NCBI GenBank assembly: GCA_963803845.1
Contig: CAWDNZ010000004.1
Location: 349,309-413,308, forward strand
DNA length: 64,000 nt
Origin: an uncultured Acidimicrobiales bacterium
Lineage (GTDB): Bacteria > Actinomycetota > Acidimicrobiia > Acidimicrobiales > SZUA-35
Direction: 5' to 3'
The notes beneath the pieces are model-generated. The model had not been told where the DNA came from, made no database searches, and saw nothing but the letters and a program-made list of their open reading frames with translations. The position numbers and the translations under genes are program-made. Positions 33,141-42,896 of this stretch are shown piece by piece (position 1 is the first letter of the stretch; every line of letters starts with the position of its first letter).

Positions 33141-34652
33141 GTGACCGAGAACTCCGGCGAACTGGTATCCCTCGAGGCTGGACAGGCCATCCCCTTCGGC
33201 GGTGACCGTTTCGCCACCGTTCCGGCCGAATTGGCGGCGGAATTCATGGCTGGCGACCATCTGATAGTCGTGGCCAACTCCGGGGCCCTCCTCCGGGTGC
33301 CGGCGGCTGTTCACGAAATAGCCAATAAAGCGGTGACGAGCGCGGCGACCGCATTCGCCAAGATGGGGTCCGTAACCGACGATGCCATCAGCACGTTCTT
33401 CGATGCCTTCGCAGGGCGGCTTGCGGACGACACCGCATTTGCGGCTATCTCGGCCGCAAACGACGCCGATGTTGCAGCTGCACAAGCAAAGGGCCGTAGC
33501 GTGACTCGTTTGATCCTCAGCCCCCAGATGCGGGCCGACATGATCAGCGGCCTCCAGATGTGGCGAGACACCGCCAGCACGCGCAACGCCGTCATCGATG
33601 AGATTCACCATGACGGCTGGAGCGTGCAGCAACGCTCGGCCGGGCTGGGTGTGGTCGGTTTCGTCTTCGAAGGTCGACCCAATGTTTTTGCCGACGCATG
33701 CGGCGTACTCCGGACCGGCAACACCGTTGTCTTCCGCATCGGCTCCGCTGCGCTCGGTACCGCCAAGGCCATCGTTGAGCACGCCCTCGATCCCGCATTA
33801 GCCCAGTCCGGCCTGCCCCAGGGCGCCGCCAGCCTGGTGGCTTCCCCGGAACGCTCGGCCGGGTGGGCCCTTTTCTCGGACAGCCGCCTAGCCCTCGCGG
33901 TGGCCCGAGGGAGCGGGGCGGCGGTAGCCCAGCTCGGCGCCATCGCCCAGCAGACCGGAACGCCGGTGAGCCTGCATGGGACCGGCGGAGCATGGATCGT
34001 CACGGGTGCCAGCTGTGACCCGGACCGACTCCGCACCGTTGTTACAAATTCACTGGATCGGAAGGTCTGCAACACAGTTAATACTGTGTGCGTTCTGGAC
34101 CAGCAGTTCGACCACCTCGCTCCGGCGGTGATCGCCGGGCTCACCGAAGCGGCCGCCGAGCGCAGTACCAATCCCAAGGTTCACGTGGTCACCGGTGCCG
34201 AGAGTTCAGTTCCATCCAATTGGTTCACCGAGCTGGTTCCCATTGCTCGGGCGGAAGGAAACGTGGACGAGCCTCGAGCGGAGTTGATCGCCGGTGATCA
34301 GCTGGGCCGGGAGTGGGAGTGGGAGGAGTCTCCCGAGATCACCCTGATCCGGGTGGCATCGGTCGCTGACGCGGTGAAGCTGTTCAACGAGCAATCCCCT
34401 CACTTTGCGGCGTCGCTCATCAGCGATGACCCGGCCGAGCAGGAAGCGTTCTTTGCCACGATCGATTCGCCCTTTGTCGGCGACGGGTTCACCCGGTGGG
34501 TGGACGGGCAGTACGCCCTCAATCAGCCCGAACTTGGTCTCTCCAACTGGCAGTTCGGTCGGCTCTTCGCCCGCGGCGGGGTTCTCAGCGGTGCCAGCGT
34601 CTTCACGGTCCGAATGAAAGCAACCCAGACCGACCCTGCGCTACGGCGCTAG
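33141..34652 (+). CDS. proA: Glutamate-5-semialdehyde dehydrogenase-like (divergent ProA)
   Basis: AANDADV, LGVVGFVFEGRPNV, ARGSG, KVCNT, TRWVDG, ELGLS, ARG. Confidence 0.78.
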   Translation: MTENSGELVSLEAGQAIPFGGDRFATVPAELAAEFMAGDHLIVVANSGALLRVPAAVHEIANKAVTSAATAFAKMGSVTDDAISTFFDAFAGRLADDTAFAAISAANDADVAAAQAKGRSVTRLILSPQMRADMISGLQMWRDTASTRNAVIDEIHHDGWSVQQRSAGLGVVGFVFEGRPNVFADACGVLRTGNTVVFRIGSAALGTAKAIVEHALDPALAQSGLPQGAASLVASPERSAGWALFSDSRLALAVARGSGAAVAQLGAIAQQTGTPVSLHGTGGAWIVTGASCDPDRLRTVVTNSLDRKVCNTVNTVCVLDQQFDHLAPAVIAGLTEAAAERSTNPKVHVVTGAESSVPSNWFTELVPIARAEGNVDEPRAELIAGDQLGREWEWEESPEITLIRVASVADAVKLFNEQSPHFAASLISDDPAEQEAFFATIDSPFVGDGFTRWVDGQYALNQPELGLSNWQFGRLFARGGVLSGASVFTVRMKATQTDPALRR

Positions 34653-34720
34653 CTTCGGCCCACAGAACGGCGCTAGCTTCGGCCCACAGTACGGCGCTTG
34701 CTTCGGCCCACAGTACGGCG
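34643..34720. repeat. 24-bp tandem repeat (3.25 copies) containing the proA stop
   Basis: ACGGCGCT(A/T)GCTTCGGCCCACAG(A/T) starts at 34643, 34667, 34691 and (partially) 34715. Confidence 0.92.
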
Positions 34721-34724
34721 GTGG

Positions 34725-35639
34725 CTACGGCCACGTATTGCGCCAACCCGTCACGTTGACCGACTCCCACCGATCCACCAGATCCGCGGCGGCGAGGCGC
34801 TCCCCCACCGCGGCGATTCCCATGGAAGCAGCGAGCCGTTCCAGTACTTCGCTCGCCGCAACGCCGTCGGCGGCGAGGTCCTCCAAAGTGATCGAGCGAT
34901 CGCGTTTGGATAGCCGGACCCCATCTGCGTTCACGATCAATGGGACATGGGCATACCGAGGTGGGTCATACCCCAGCGCCTCCCCCACCAGGATCTGCCG
35001 GGCCGTGGAAGGGAGTAGATCGTCGGCCCGCACGACACTGTCCACCCCCGCGGCGTTGTCATCAACCACCACCACAAGGTTGTACGCCGGCACACCATCG
35101 TTTCGGCGTACCACGAAGTCATCCACAAGGAACGACTGCGGACCGTAATTGTCGTCATGAAAGTCCACAGCGGATCGACCGGATCGAAAACGCAACGCCG
35201 GCGGCCGCGACTGCGCCCGCCGCTCTCGTTCTGCAGAATCCAGTTCGGCACAGGTTCCGGGATACAGCCCGGCCTCGGGACCGTTTGGCGCATTCACCGC
35301 TGCGGCGATGGCTTCCCGGATCTCCCGACGACTGCAGTAACACGGGTAGGTGCGGTCGCTGGCCACGAGATGATCGATCGGACTGGAATAGTGATCGGAC
35401 TGATCTGACTGCCACAACGGTTCGATGTCTGGCTCCATCCCGAGTGCCGCCAACTGTGCCAGCTGTCGTTCACCCGCTTCTACCGTTGCTACGGCTTGGT
35501 CCAAGTCCTCGAACCGCACGAGCCAGGGAACTCCCCGGGACCGACAATCCAGCCACGACGCCAGCGCCGTCCGGAGATTGCCAACGTGGAGGTCTCCGGT
35601 GGGACTGGGCGCAAAACGTCCTGCGCCGATATCACTCAT
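34725..35639 (-). CDS. gluQ: tRNA glutamyl-Q(34) synthetase
   Basis: GRFAPSPTGDLHVGN, YPCYCSR, YPGTC, VVVDD, RLSKRD; short, with no anticodon-binding domain. Confidence 0.92.
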   Translation of the reverse strand: MSDIGAGRFAPSPTGDLHVGNLRTALASWLDCRSRGVPWLVRFEDLDQAVATVEAGERQLAQLAALGMEPDIEPLWQSDQSDHYSSPIDHLVASDRTYPCYCSRREIREAIAAAVNAPNGPEAGLYPGTCAELDSAERERRAQSRPPALRFRSGRSAVDFHDDNYGPQSFLVDDFVVRRNDGVPAYNLVVVVDDNAAGVDSVVRADDLLPSTARQILVGEALGYDPPRYAHVPLIVNADGVRLSKRDRSITLEDLAADGVAASEVLERLAASMGIAAVGERLAAADLVDRWESVNVTGWRNTWP

Positions 35640-36595
35640 TGTGCGGAAAGCCCAGATGCCTGCAGATGGGAACGAGCCACATCCACTGCCACGGTTCCCT
35701 GGGCCAACTGGGCTTTCAGCGCAGTCATAGCCTGGCGGTCTACGGTCACCATGAGAGCTTCGAGAAACGACGGAAGCCACTCGATCTGTTCGGCGAAGAG
35801 CTCGGCGTCGAACATGTACGCCGCATTGCGGGGAGCGAACACCAGCGGTGGAGCGGCACTCGAATTGAGTCGATCCACGATTGCGACCTTGGCCCCGAGA
35901 AGTTCGGGGTCGACGGCGGGAGCGAACGCCACAGAACACTGGCCGTCGACAACCAGGCGCAGCGGCTCGCCCTCGGCCAGAACGTCCAGTTGTTCCGCCG
36001 GGATGGTGAACCCGGTTGCTTTTTCGAAGCGCACAAGGCCATCGGGGCTTTGCAGCGTGGCCGTGTCGACGCACACCCTGGCACTGAAGTCACCCTCCAA
36101 ACGCAGCGCCAACCGGTCCATCGTGATCGTCTCACCATTGCTGTCCGTCCCGAATGATTCGGTGGCGATGGGGGCGATTGCGTCGTCGAATGCCGAGTGG
36201 TCAGACCACTCCACACCGTTGACCCGGTCGGCCGTCCGCAGCGCCTGAGCCTGCTCAGCGGTCCGCTCGAACTCGGCTGTTTCTCCGAGGTGGATGAACC
36301 AGCCTGTGCTGAGGTCCTCCGGCACCACGTCCAACCGGCCGGCCACCAGATCATCGCGATTCAGCGCATCGTCGCCCTTGTTTGACCGGTCGATGACGGT
36401 GGCGCCCCGTTCGGTCAAGGCCACCACGATCATGGCGCTCATGATCTGGTCGGTCGCTGAGGTTGTCCCGCCCACCACCACCTCAACCCCGGTCATGGGG
36501 CCATCTGACGCGGCTTCGGGTTCCGGAATGCTGGCCGCCGAACACGCTGCGCCGGCCACGATGAACGCCCCGAGGATCATGCCGATCCGTTTCAC
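35636..36595 (-). CDS. Glycine betaine/OpuAC-type substrate-binding lipoprotein (divergent)
   Basis: Lipobox AGAAC; VVVGG...DQI, DVVPEDLSTGW, SPDGL. Confidence 0.62.
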   Translation of the reverse strand: MKRIGMILGAFIVAGAACSAASIPEPEAASDGPMTGVEVVVGGTTSATDQIMSAMIVVALTERGATVIDRSNKGDDALNRDDLVAGRLDVVPEDLSTGWFIHLGETAEFERTAEQAQALRTADRVNGVEWSDHSAFDDAIAPIATESFGTDSNGETITMDRLALRLEGDFSARVCVDTATLQSPDGLVRFEKATGFTIPAEQLDVLAEGEPLRLVVDGQCSVAFAPAVDPELLGAKVAIVDRLNSSAAPPLVFAPRNAAYMFDAELFAEQIEWLPSFLEALMVTVDRQAMTALKAQLAQGTVAVDVARSHLQASGLSAQ

Positions 36596-37812
36596 AGGAA
36601 TCGTGAAATGATGTGGAGGACGAGACCGGCGAGACCACCGACGATCGTCCCGTTGATCCGAATGAATTGAAGGTCCCGCCCCACTCGATCCTCGATGAGA
36701 GTGGTGGTCTCCTCGGCATTCCAGCTCTCCACGGTGCGAGAGATGGTGTTCACGGCCAGATCACCACCCTGGGCCGCTATGTGACCCGCGGCGCTCTCCA
36801 AGAACCCTTCGATGGTGGTGCGTAGTTGTGGATCGGACTGCACGGAGACACCGGCCTCCATGATCATTTCCGTCACTCGTTCCAGGAGAACCGAGTCCGG
36901 GTTGTGCGAACCCTCGATGACCGCTTCCTTGATACGGTCCCACAACGTTGCCACCCAGGCTCGCACCTCGGGGTTGGCCAGGAAGTCCTCTTTGAGTTCC
37001 TCGCCCCGCAGTTCGAGTTCGGGCGATGTCTTTAGTCGTTCTGCGAGATCGAGCGTGCGAAGGTTCAGTTGGCGTCGGAGTTCGTGGTCACGATTACCAC
37101 CCACCTCGTCGATGAAACGATTGAGCGCCTCATAGATCTTGTCGAAGACTCGGTCGTCGATCGCTTCGGGAACCCACCACGGCGACTCCTCCCGCAGTCG
37201 ACTCCGGAAGGTCAGCTGGTTCTCGTTGAGAAACCGTCCGAGGCCAGTCAGCGTGCTGTCAATCAGAAGTTCGTGATGGCCGCCCTCGGTGGCCCAGTCC
37301 ACCGCCCGACCGGCCAACGGTGCCACCGGCGTGGCGCGAACACGCTCGAAAACCGCTTGTTCCAACCCGGATCGCACCGTGTCATCGTTGAGGACGTCGG
37401 TAAGCCCGCGGATGATGGCGGAGCCCTCGTCAGCAATCCGCCGGGCGGTGTGGCGGTCCGACAGGGCCTCTCCCAAGCGAAGCGCCATCTGTTCGTCCTT
37501 CACCAACTTCGCCAAGTTGTCTTGCGTCATGAAGTTGTCACGGACGAACTCTCCAAGCGTCCGGCCTATATCGTCCTTGCGTTTCTGCACGATGGCCGTA
37601 TGCGGAATCGGAATTCCCAGCGGGTGCCGGAAGATTGCGGTGACCGCAAACCAGTCGGCCAACGCTCCCACCATGGCGGCCTCTGCCGTTGCGCGCACAT
37701 AGCCCAGCCATGGTCGACCATCCTCACCGAGTCGGGCGAGAAGGAAGACCAAACCGGCCAGGATCAGGAGGCCGGTTGCGGCCCGTTTCATAGCTCCTAC
37801 GGAGGAGAGCAT
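36592..37812 (-). CDS. DUF445 family membrane protein
   Basis: EAAMVGALADWFAVTAIFRHPLGIPIPHTAI; VGRDLQFIRINGTIVGG. Confidence 0.92.
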   Translation of the reverse strand: MLSSVGAMKRAATGLLILAGLVFLLARLGEDGRPWLGYVRATAEAAMVGALADWFAVTAIFRHPLGIPIPHTAIVQKRKDDIGRTLGEFVRDNFMTQDNLAKLVKDEQMALRLGEALSDRHTARRIADEGSAIIRGLTDVLNDDTVRSGLEQAVFERVRATPVAPLAGRAVDWATEGGHHELLIDSTLTGLGRFLNENQLTFRSRLREESPWWVPEAIDDRVFDKIYEALNRFIDEVGGNRDHELRRQLNLRTLDLAERLKTSPELELRGEELKEDFLANPEVRAWVATLWDRIKEAVIEGSHNPDSVLLERVTEMIMEAGVSVQSDPQLRTTIEGFLESAAGHIAAQGGDLAVNTISRTVESWNAEETTTLIEDRVGRDLQFIRINGTIVGGLAGLVLHIISRFL

Positions 37813-38994
37813 TTACAGACGGCTAACCAATCGCCGAGTCTGCTCGGCGGCCTTGGCGCGAATCTCCGTGGCGTCCACGAGGGTGGGTTGACCCCCGCTC
37901 AATACCGTTTTGCCTCCCACCACCACCGTGAGCGGCCGAATACCAGTGTTGGCCACCAGGTATTCGGGCTCGATCTCTCGCAATGACCAGTGCACGCGAT
38001 CCTGCCGGGCCTCGGGCACCAGGAGCCAGCCCGCCTCCAACCAGCTCCACGGCAGCCGAGGACTGGTGCCAACGTTGATCTCTCGGAGGCGGGCGTAGGC
38101 GAGCCGAAACTCCTCGAGCAGATCGCCGCCGTAGCCATCGGTTCCCAGAGCAACCCGTTGCCCGAATCGGCTGGGCATGCCATAACCAACCCCACGGTCC
38201 ATGTTGGAACGGGGGCAGTGGGCGATGGTGCCGGCGATTTCGAGACCATCGGGAAGATGGACGCCGTGGGCGAGGACCCAGCTCTCCTTTGATCGGCGGA
38301 CCAGGTCGGCCCCTCCGCCGGAGTCGGCGATTCCTTCGGCAACTTTGGCGTGAACACCAACGCCCAGCTCATTGGCCATGCCAATGGCAAGGTCGATCGT
38401 CTCCGGGCTGGCGGTTACCGATGCATCCAACCCCACCATGCCGCGTCCGCCCAGTTCCACGAACCGCCGGGACTCCTCCAGACCGAGCCGGGCGCGCTCG
38501 GGACCGCGGAGGTCAGACGCGGCGTAGGAACACACCACCCGCACACCAACTTCGGCGCCGGCTCGAGCGATGAGCGAGAGCGATCCTTCGATGGCTCTTG
38601 GGCTGGCGTGGTGGTCGATGACCGTGGTGCAGCCGGCTTCGAGGGCTTCGAGTGCTCCGAGACGGGCAGCCGCCTCGATCATGGGGCTGTCCAGGGCATT
38701 CTCGATCGGCCAGATCACACTCTTGAGGAGGTCGGTGAAGTTCTTCGGCGTGCTCCGCGGCGCGGGGAGGCCGCGAGCGATCGCGGCGTAAAGCCGGTGA
38801 TGGGCCGACACCAAACCGGGCGTGGCCCCACCCACCGGTGGTGTCTCACTGGTAGCAGGCGGTGTTACATGGCTGCGCTGGGGTGGTTGCGCCGGAGGAA
38901 CGTTGGCAATCACCGGGGCGGGGGCTGATGGTGATGGAGCGGGGGGCGTACGCTCCTGCTCTGCAACCTGACCAAAGAAGCCGCGACGTTTCAT
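37813..38994 (-). CDS. SsnA-like amidohydrolase with degenerate metal ligands
   Basis: PGLVSAHHRLY, GCTTVIDHHAS, AHGVHL, HCPRSNM, LGTDG. Confidence 0.75.
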   Translation of the reverse strand: MKRRGFFGQVAEQERTPPAPSPSAPAPVIANVPPAQPPQRSHVTPPATSETPPVGGATPGLVSAHHRLYAAIARGLPAPRSTPKNFTDLLKSVIWPIENALDSPMIEAAARLGALEALEAGCTTVIDHHASPRAIEGSLSLIARAGAEVGVRVVCSYAASDLRGPERARLGLEESRRFVELGGRGMVGLDASVTASPETIDLAIGMANELGVGVHAKVAEGIADSGGGADLVRRSKESWVLAHGVHLPDGLEIAGTIAHCPRSNMDRGVGYGMPSRFGQRVALGTDGYGGDLLEEFRLAYARLREINVGTSPRLPWSWLEAGWLLVPEARQDRVHWSLREIEPEYLVANTGIRPLTVVVGGKTVLSGGQPTLVDATEIRAKAAEQTRRLVSRL

Positions 38995-39025
38995 ACCCAC
39001 CAAACTAGCTGCGATCCTGTGCGGT

Positions 39026-39460
39026 GTGAGTAGCCTTCGCCGCGTCTACAGATTCTTCTTCCTTGGTGCCCTCATTCTTGGGTCGGCGTGCGGAGCTGAT
39101 GAAGCGCCCGCCACTCCCCCAACCTCGTCGGTCGCAAACACACCAACAAGTCTTGAGGGCGTTTGGCTTCTCGAGGGCACGGACCTTTTCCTCGACATCA
39201 CCCTGGACACCGCTGCGGTAGATGGGCGCACCGGTTGTGCACGGATCCTGGGATCACTCACCACGTCCGAAGACGGGAACCCAACATCCTTCTCGCTGCC
39301 CGGCCGCGATACCAACAGCTGTTCCACGGCGGCGAGGAATGAAGCAGAGCGGGCCATCGACCTCCTGCAAGCGGTGGCGTCGGCCACTTCCGAACCCGGG
39401 GGTTACGTCCTCTTCGATGCAGAGGGCTCCGAGGTGGGACGACTACAGCTCGGCAGCTGA
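39026..39460 (+). CDS. Small lipoprotein, META-like
   Basis: Lipobox LGSAC; LEGVWLL, GRTGC. Confidence 0.55.
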   Translation: MSSLRRVYRFFFLGALILGSACGADEAPATPPTSSVANTPTSLEGVWLLEGTDLFLDITLDTAAVDGRTGCARILGSLTTSEDGNPTSFSLPGRDTNSCSTAARNEAERAIDLLQAVASATSEPGGYVLFDAEGSEVGRLQLGS

Positions 39461-40624
39461 GACTGCCGGGGCGGGTGCAACATCGGTTGGCGGTGTCGCG
39501 CATCGAATCTGAACGTCGATACCGCCATTGTTGACTCTGGCAACGGTTTTCAGACGGGTATCGATATCCCGCGTTCCCCGGGGTGCCACCACGGTGAGTG
39601 CGGATTGCGGGCGACGGTCACGAACCATCTCACCGAATCGGCGATACAACGCCGACGATCCCTTCGAGCCGGTCGCGGCCCGCTTCCCGTACGGCGGGTT
39701 GGAGATGACAAGGCCCGGACCAGCCCAGCCGGTGAGTTGGCCGACTGGGCGCGCCTCGGCAGTGACGGCCACCCCGGCCCGCTCTGCATTGGCCACGATC
39801 TTCTCTACCGCGACCGAGTCTCGGTCGAACGCTTCGAGCAGGTTTGCGGCTGGCGCGGCCTCGATTCGGGTCTTTGCGGCACCGGTGACGGACCCCCAGG
39901 TCCCTCCCTCGAAGCAGGGCCAGCGATGAAATGCATACTCACGGCCCTCACTGGGCGGCCGGTCCATGGCGATCAGACCCGCCTCGATAACGATGGTTCC
40001 CGCCCCGGCAAACGGATCAACCACGGGCGTGGAATGGTCCCATGGTGACAAAAGGAGGGCCCCCGCCGCCAGGGTTGGACGGAGCGAAGCCTCCACGGTC
40101 TGGGTTCGCCATGAACGCTTGTGGAGGGGCTCGCCGCTCGTGTCGACGCTGACCGTCACGGTGTCGTGGTCGACGCGGATGATGAACAGCTGCTCGGGGT
40201 CATCGTCGTTCACCTTGGGCGCCCCCACGACCTTGTGCAACCGTTCGCTTACGGCATCGCTGTGAAACAGCGCGCTCTTTCGGGTGGTCACCCGGAAACG
40301 GGGGGCGACCCCGGCAGCCAGATAGGGGGTGAGGTCCACCTCGGCCATGCGCCGTTCGAGATGATCGAAGTCCGTGGCCCGAAAACGGGCGAGCCGGACG
40401 ATGATGCGGGTTGCGGTCCGGAGCCACAGATTGCTTTCATAGACCGCCCGGGTGGAGCCGCGAAACGGGACCAAACCGGCAGTGGGTGAACCAATCTTGT
40501 ATCCCAGTGCCACCAGTTCGGATCCACATACCGCCTCCAGACCAACGGGGCAGACAGCCACCGAGTCAGCGTGGGGGCGGGAGGTCTTGGAATTCACCGC
40601 TCCATCCTCGCAGTAGTCGACCAT
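39443..40624 (-). CDS. THUMP-domain RNA methyltransferase (RlmL-like)
   Basis: GLE, NLWLRTATRI, DTSGEPLHKR, DPFAGAGT, SNPPYGKR. Confidence 0.88.
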   Translation of the reverse strand: MVDYCEDGAVNSKTSRPHADSVAVCPVGLEAVCGSELVALGYKIGSPTAGLVPFRGSTRAVYESNLWLRTATRIIVRLARFRATDFDHLERRMAEVDLTPYLAAGVAPRFRVTTRKSALFHSDAVSERLHKVVGAPKVNDDDPEQLFIIRVDHDTVTVSVDTSGEPLHKRSWRTQTVEASLRPTLAAGALLLSPWDHSTPVVDPFAGAGTIVIEAGLIAMDRPPSEGREYAFHRWPCFEGGTWGSVTGAAKTRIEAAPAANLLEAFDRDSVAVEKIVANAERAGVAVTAEARPVGQLTGWAGPGLVISNPPYGKRAATGSKGSSALYRRFGEMVRDRRPQSALTVVAPRGTRDIDTRLKTVARVNNGGIDVQIRCATPPTDVAPAPAVSAAEL

Positions 40625-40717
40625 CTTTCAACCTAGGAACCCTTGTGGCACGGTTCGTGGATTTTGCTTAGAGTAGGGAACGGAACCGGATGGGACCAGG
40701 ATCGGGCGCGTCACATA

Positions 40718-42367
40718 ATGTACGAGAAGCAACGGCTTCGCCGGGACGAGCTGAAAACCCTCATGCTGGCCGTCGGCCTCGAGTTGTTGCTCGAGGATGG
40801 TTTGGCCGCGGGAACCCTCCCGATCGGGTATGCCGACGCGTTCCGGTGGCTGCAAGAAAACCGGGGCCTCACCGTCAGCCGGGCCCAGATCCACAATCGA
40901 ATCTGGGACTCCCTGGATGCGTATCGGCTGGATGTCCTCCTCACTTTTCTGGAGTACCGCGCAACGCGGAGCGTCGAGGAAACCACAGCAGAGGTTCTCG
41001 GAGCCGTCGAAGCTTTGACCTCTGCGCCCGGCGCTGAACCCCAGACCGATACACAGCGACTCCAGACCGCGGTGGCCCTTACGCGAGCCGGCGTGGAAGC
41101 AAACATCGCGGTGGCCCGCTCCGACCGGGATACCATTGCTGTCGACGCGGTTTGGGCGCTGGAGGCGTTCCGCACGCACCAGAACCAGGCCAACGCTGGC
41201 GAGTTTCAAGACCGGCTGGGCCAGGCGGTCAAGGAGAATCAGCGGGCAACGTTGCGTCCCTACGTGGAGCTCTACGGTCTCGTCGGCGAGCGTTTGGGCC
41301 TGGAAGTGGGGACGAGTTGGGGGCTGACGCCAGAGTCAGGCCTCACATTGTTCGCAGAGCTGCTCTACAGCATCAACCGTGGAGCTGCGGGCCGAGCGAC
41401 GGTGGAGACGTCACTGCAAGCCATCTGGTGTGGCCACGAGTTTTGGACCGTGGAGGCGCTTACAGCGGCCGCTGTTGCGGAGGCGATGGTCTCGATTTCA
41501 GACCGGCCAGCCCCGCAACAGCCAACCGAAGGCGTCGTGGTACCAAATGTTGTTACCGATGGTAACAATAGCTGCTCGGGGAAAACAACCCCGGTGCGTC
41601 GGGAACGGATGGAGCGCAGCCAGCTTCGGGTCGAGATGTTGGAGGCCGGCCGATCATGGATGATCGACAACGGTTTTGGCCACGGGGGCGAACACATCAC
41701 CTATGCCCGGGTGTTCGAACGGATCCACGCAACCAAGGGCGTGTCGATCAACCGAGCGCAGGTGCACGGCCGGATCTGGCCATCGCAAAACGATTTTCAA
41801 ATTGACGTCGTCGCAGCAGCCGCCGCGGTACGTCCATCCGCCATCGTGAGAAACCGGACCGAGGCGGTCTCTGCCGCTCTTGTCCACTTCGACCTCACCC
41901 AACCGGGTGAGAACAAACGGGCCGTCACCGAACTCACCCGGGTCCATGCTGCGGCCGCGGTGGAGGACATGATCGCGTCGCCCGGATGGCTGATCAGCAC
42001 TGGGGTAGCGGCGTTCCACGGTTTGAACCCCGCGAATCCAAAAGTGATAACCCAGGCACTTCACGAGGCATACGAAAAGGACCTGGTGGAATGGATCGCA
42101 TTCTTCCAGTTGTTCGCCGCGATCTTCAACTACACGGCTCAGCCGTGGACCGCACTCCCCCACGACGAAGCCTGCGAGGTGGTGGCGCGATGCTTCGACG
42201 CTTTCACCGAAGGGGTGGCCGGGCGGACCCGGATGGACGAACACGGGCCGCGTTGGACGCTCGATGTGAATGGAAACGGCTTGGCGGAATGGGAGCTCCT
42301 CGGAATCGGCCTCTGGTGCATCATCCACTTTCTGTTCGAACCGGCACCAATGACGCGGAACGAATGA
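40718..42367 (+). CDS. Hypothetical protein with two divergent TetR-like modules
   Basis: Internal duplication: RLRRDELKTLML...VSRAQIHNRIW..YRLDVL versus RMERSQLRVEML...INRAQVHGRIW..FQIDVV. Confidence 0.7.
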   Translation: MYEKQRLRRDELKTLMLAVGLELLLEDGLAAGTLPIGYADAFRWLQENRGLTVSRAQIHNRIWDSLDAYRLDVLLTFLEYRATRSVEETTAEVLGAVEALTSAPGAEPQTDTQRLQTAVALTRAGVEANIAVARSDRDTIAVDAVWALEAFRTHQNQANAGEFQDRLGQAVKENQRATLRPYVELYGLVGERLGLEVGTSWGLTPESGLTLFAELLYSINRGAAGRATVETSLQAIWCGHEFWTVEALTAAAVAEAMVSISDRPAPQQPTEGVVVPNVVTDGNNSCSGKTTPVRRERMERSQLRVEMLEAGRSWMIDNGFGHGGEHITYARVFERIHATKGVSINRAQVHGRIWPSQNDFQIDVVAAAAAVRPSAIVRNRTEAVSAALVHFDLTQPGENKRAVTELTRVHAAAAVEDMIASPGWLISTGVAAFHGLNPANPKVITQALHEAYEKDLVEWIAFFQLFAAIFNYTAQPWTALPHDEACEVVARCFDAFTEGVAGRTRMDEHGPRWTLDVNGNGLAEWELLGIGLWCIIHFLFEPAPMTRNE

Positions 42368-42412
42368 ACGCTCACCGCGGTCAATCACACGCGACCCAGT
42401 TGCACAGAGCGG

Positions 42413-42760
42413 CTAGAACTCTACGTAGAGTTCGCCGTCCTCATCCCGTTTCACTGCCACTTCGCACTTTTTCATCACCTTGCGACCCTCGGCCGAAACC
42501 CCGTACGAACGGCGGCTACGGCCCGGGAATGCCCCCGGCTTGGCGAGCTCCGACGACAGCAGCCCCCGTTGCTCGAGTCGGTTCAATACTCGGTAGAGCG
42601 TGGCGTAATTCATTGTGAAGTGACGCGGCCGAAGCTCGCCGATGTCTTGGGCGAGAACATACCCGTGCACCTTCTTGCGCCCTTTTGACGAAGCGGCAAC
42701 GGCGCCCAGAACGATCTCCTCTTTGGGGGAAAGCGGGTAATTCTTTTCGTTTGAAGCCAT
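42413..42760 (-). CDS. PadR-family transcriptional regulator
   Basis: HGYVL, ATLYRVLNRLEQRGLL, RRSYGVSAEG. Confidence 0.85.
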   Translation of the reverse strand: MASNEKNYPLSPKEEIVLGAVAASSKGRKKVHGYVLAQDIGELRPRHFTMNYATLYRVLNRLEQRGLLSSELAKPGAFPGRSRRSYGVSAEGRKVMKKCEVAVKRDEDGELYVEF

Positions 42761-42896
42761 ACGGGTCAAAGACTATCGGGAGTCCCGGGTCCCCAACTTG
42801 CGACGCTGTGCTCAATCCTCTCCGCAAGCACGCGACGCCCTCCCCACGGGACCGCCACGCGCCCTGCGGGCGGCGGTCTAACCGGCCACTAGGGGT

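Noticed and set aside
31692-33782. Apparent long N-terminal extensions (PhoD 696 aa, GluQ 449 aa, MurD 560 aa, IolD 711 aa, GNAT 507 aa)
   Set aside because: The extensions overlap neighbouring genes; signal peptides, start-stop overlaps and -10 boxes point to downstream starts.
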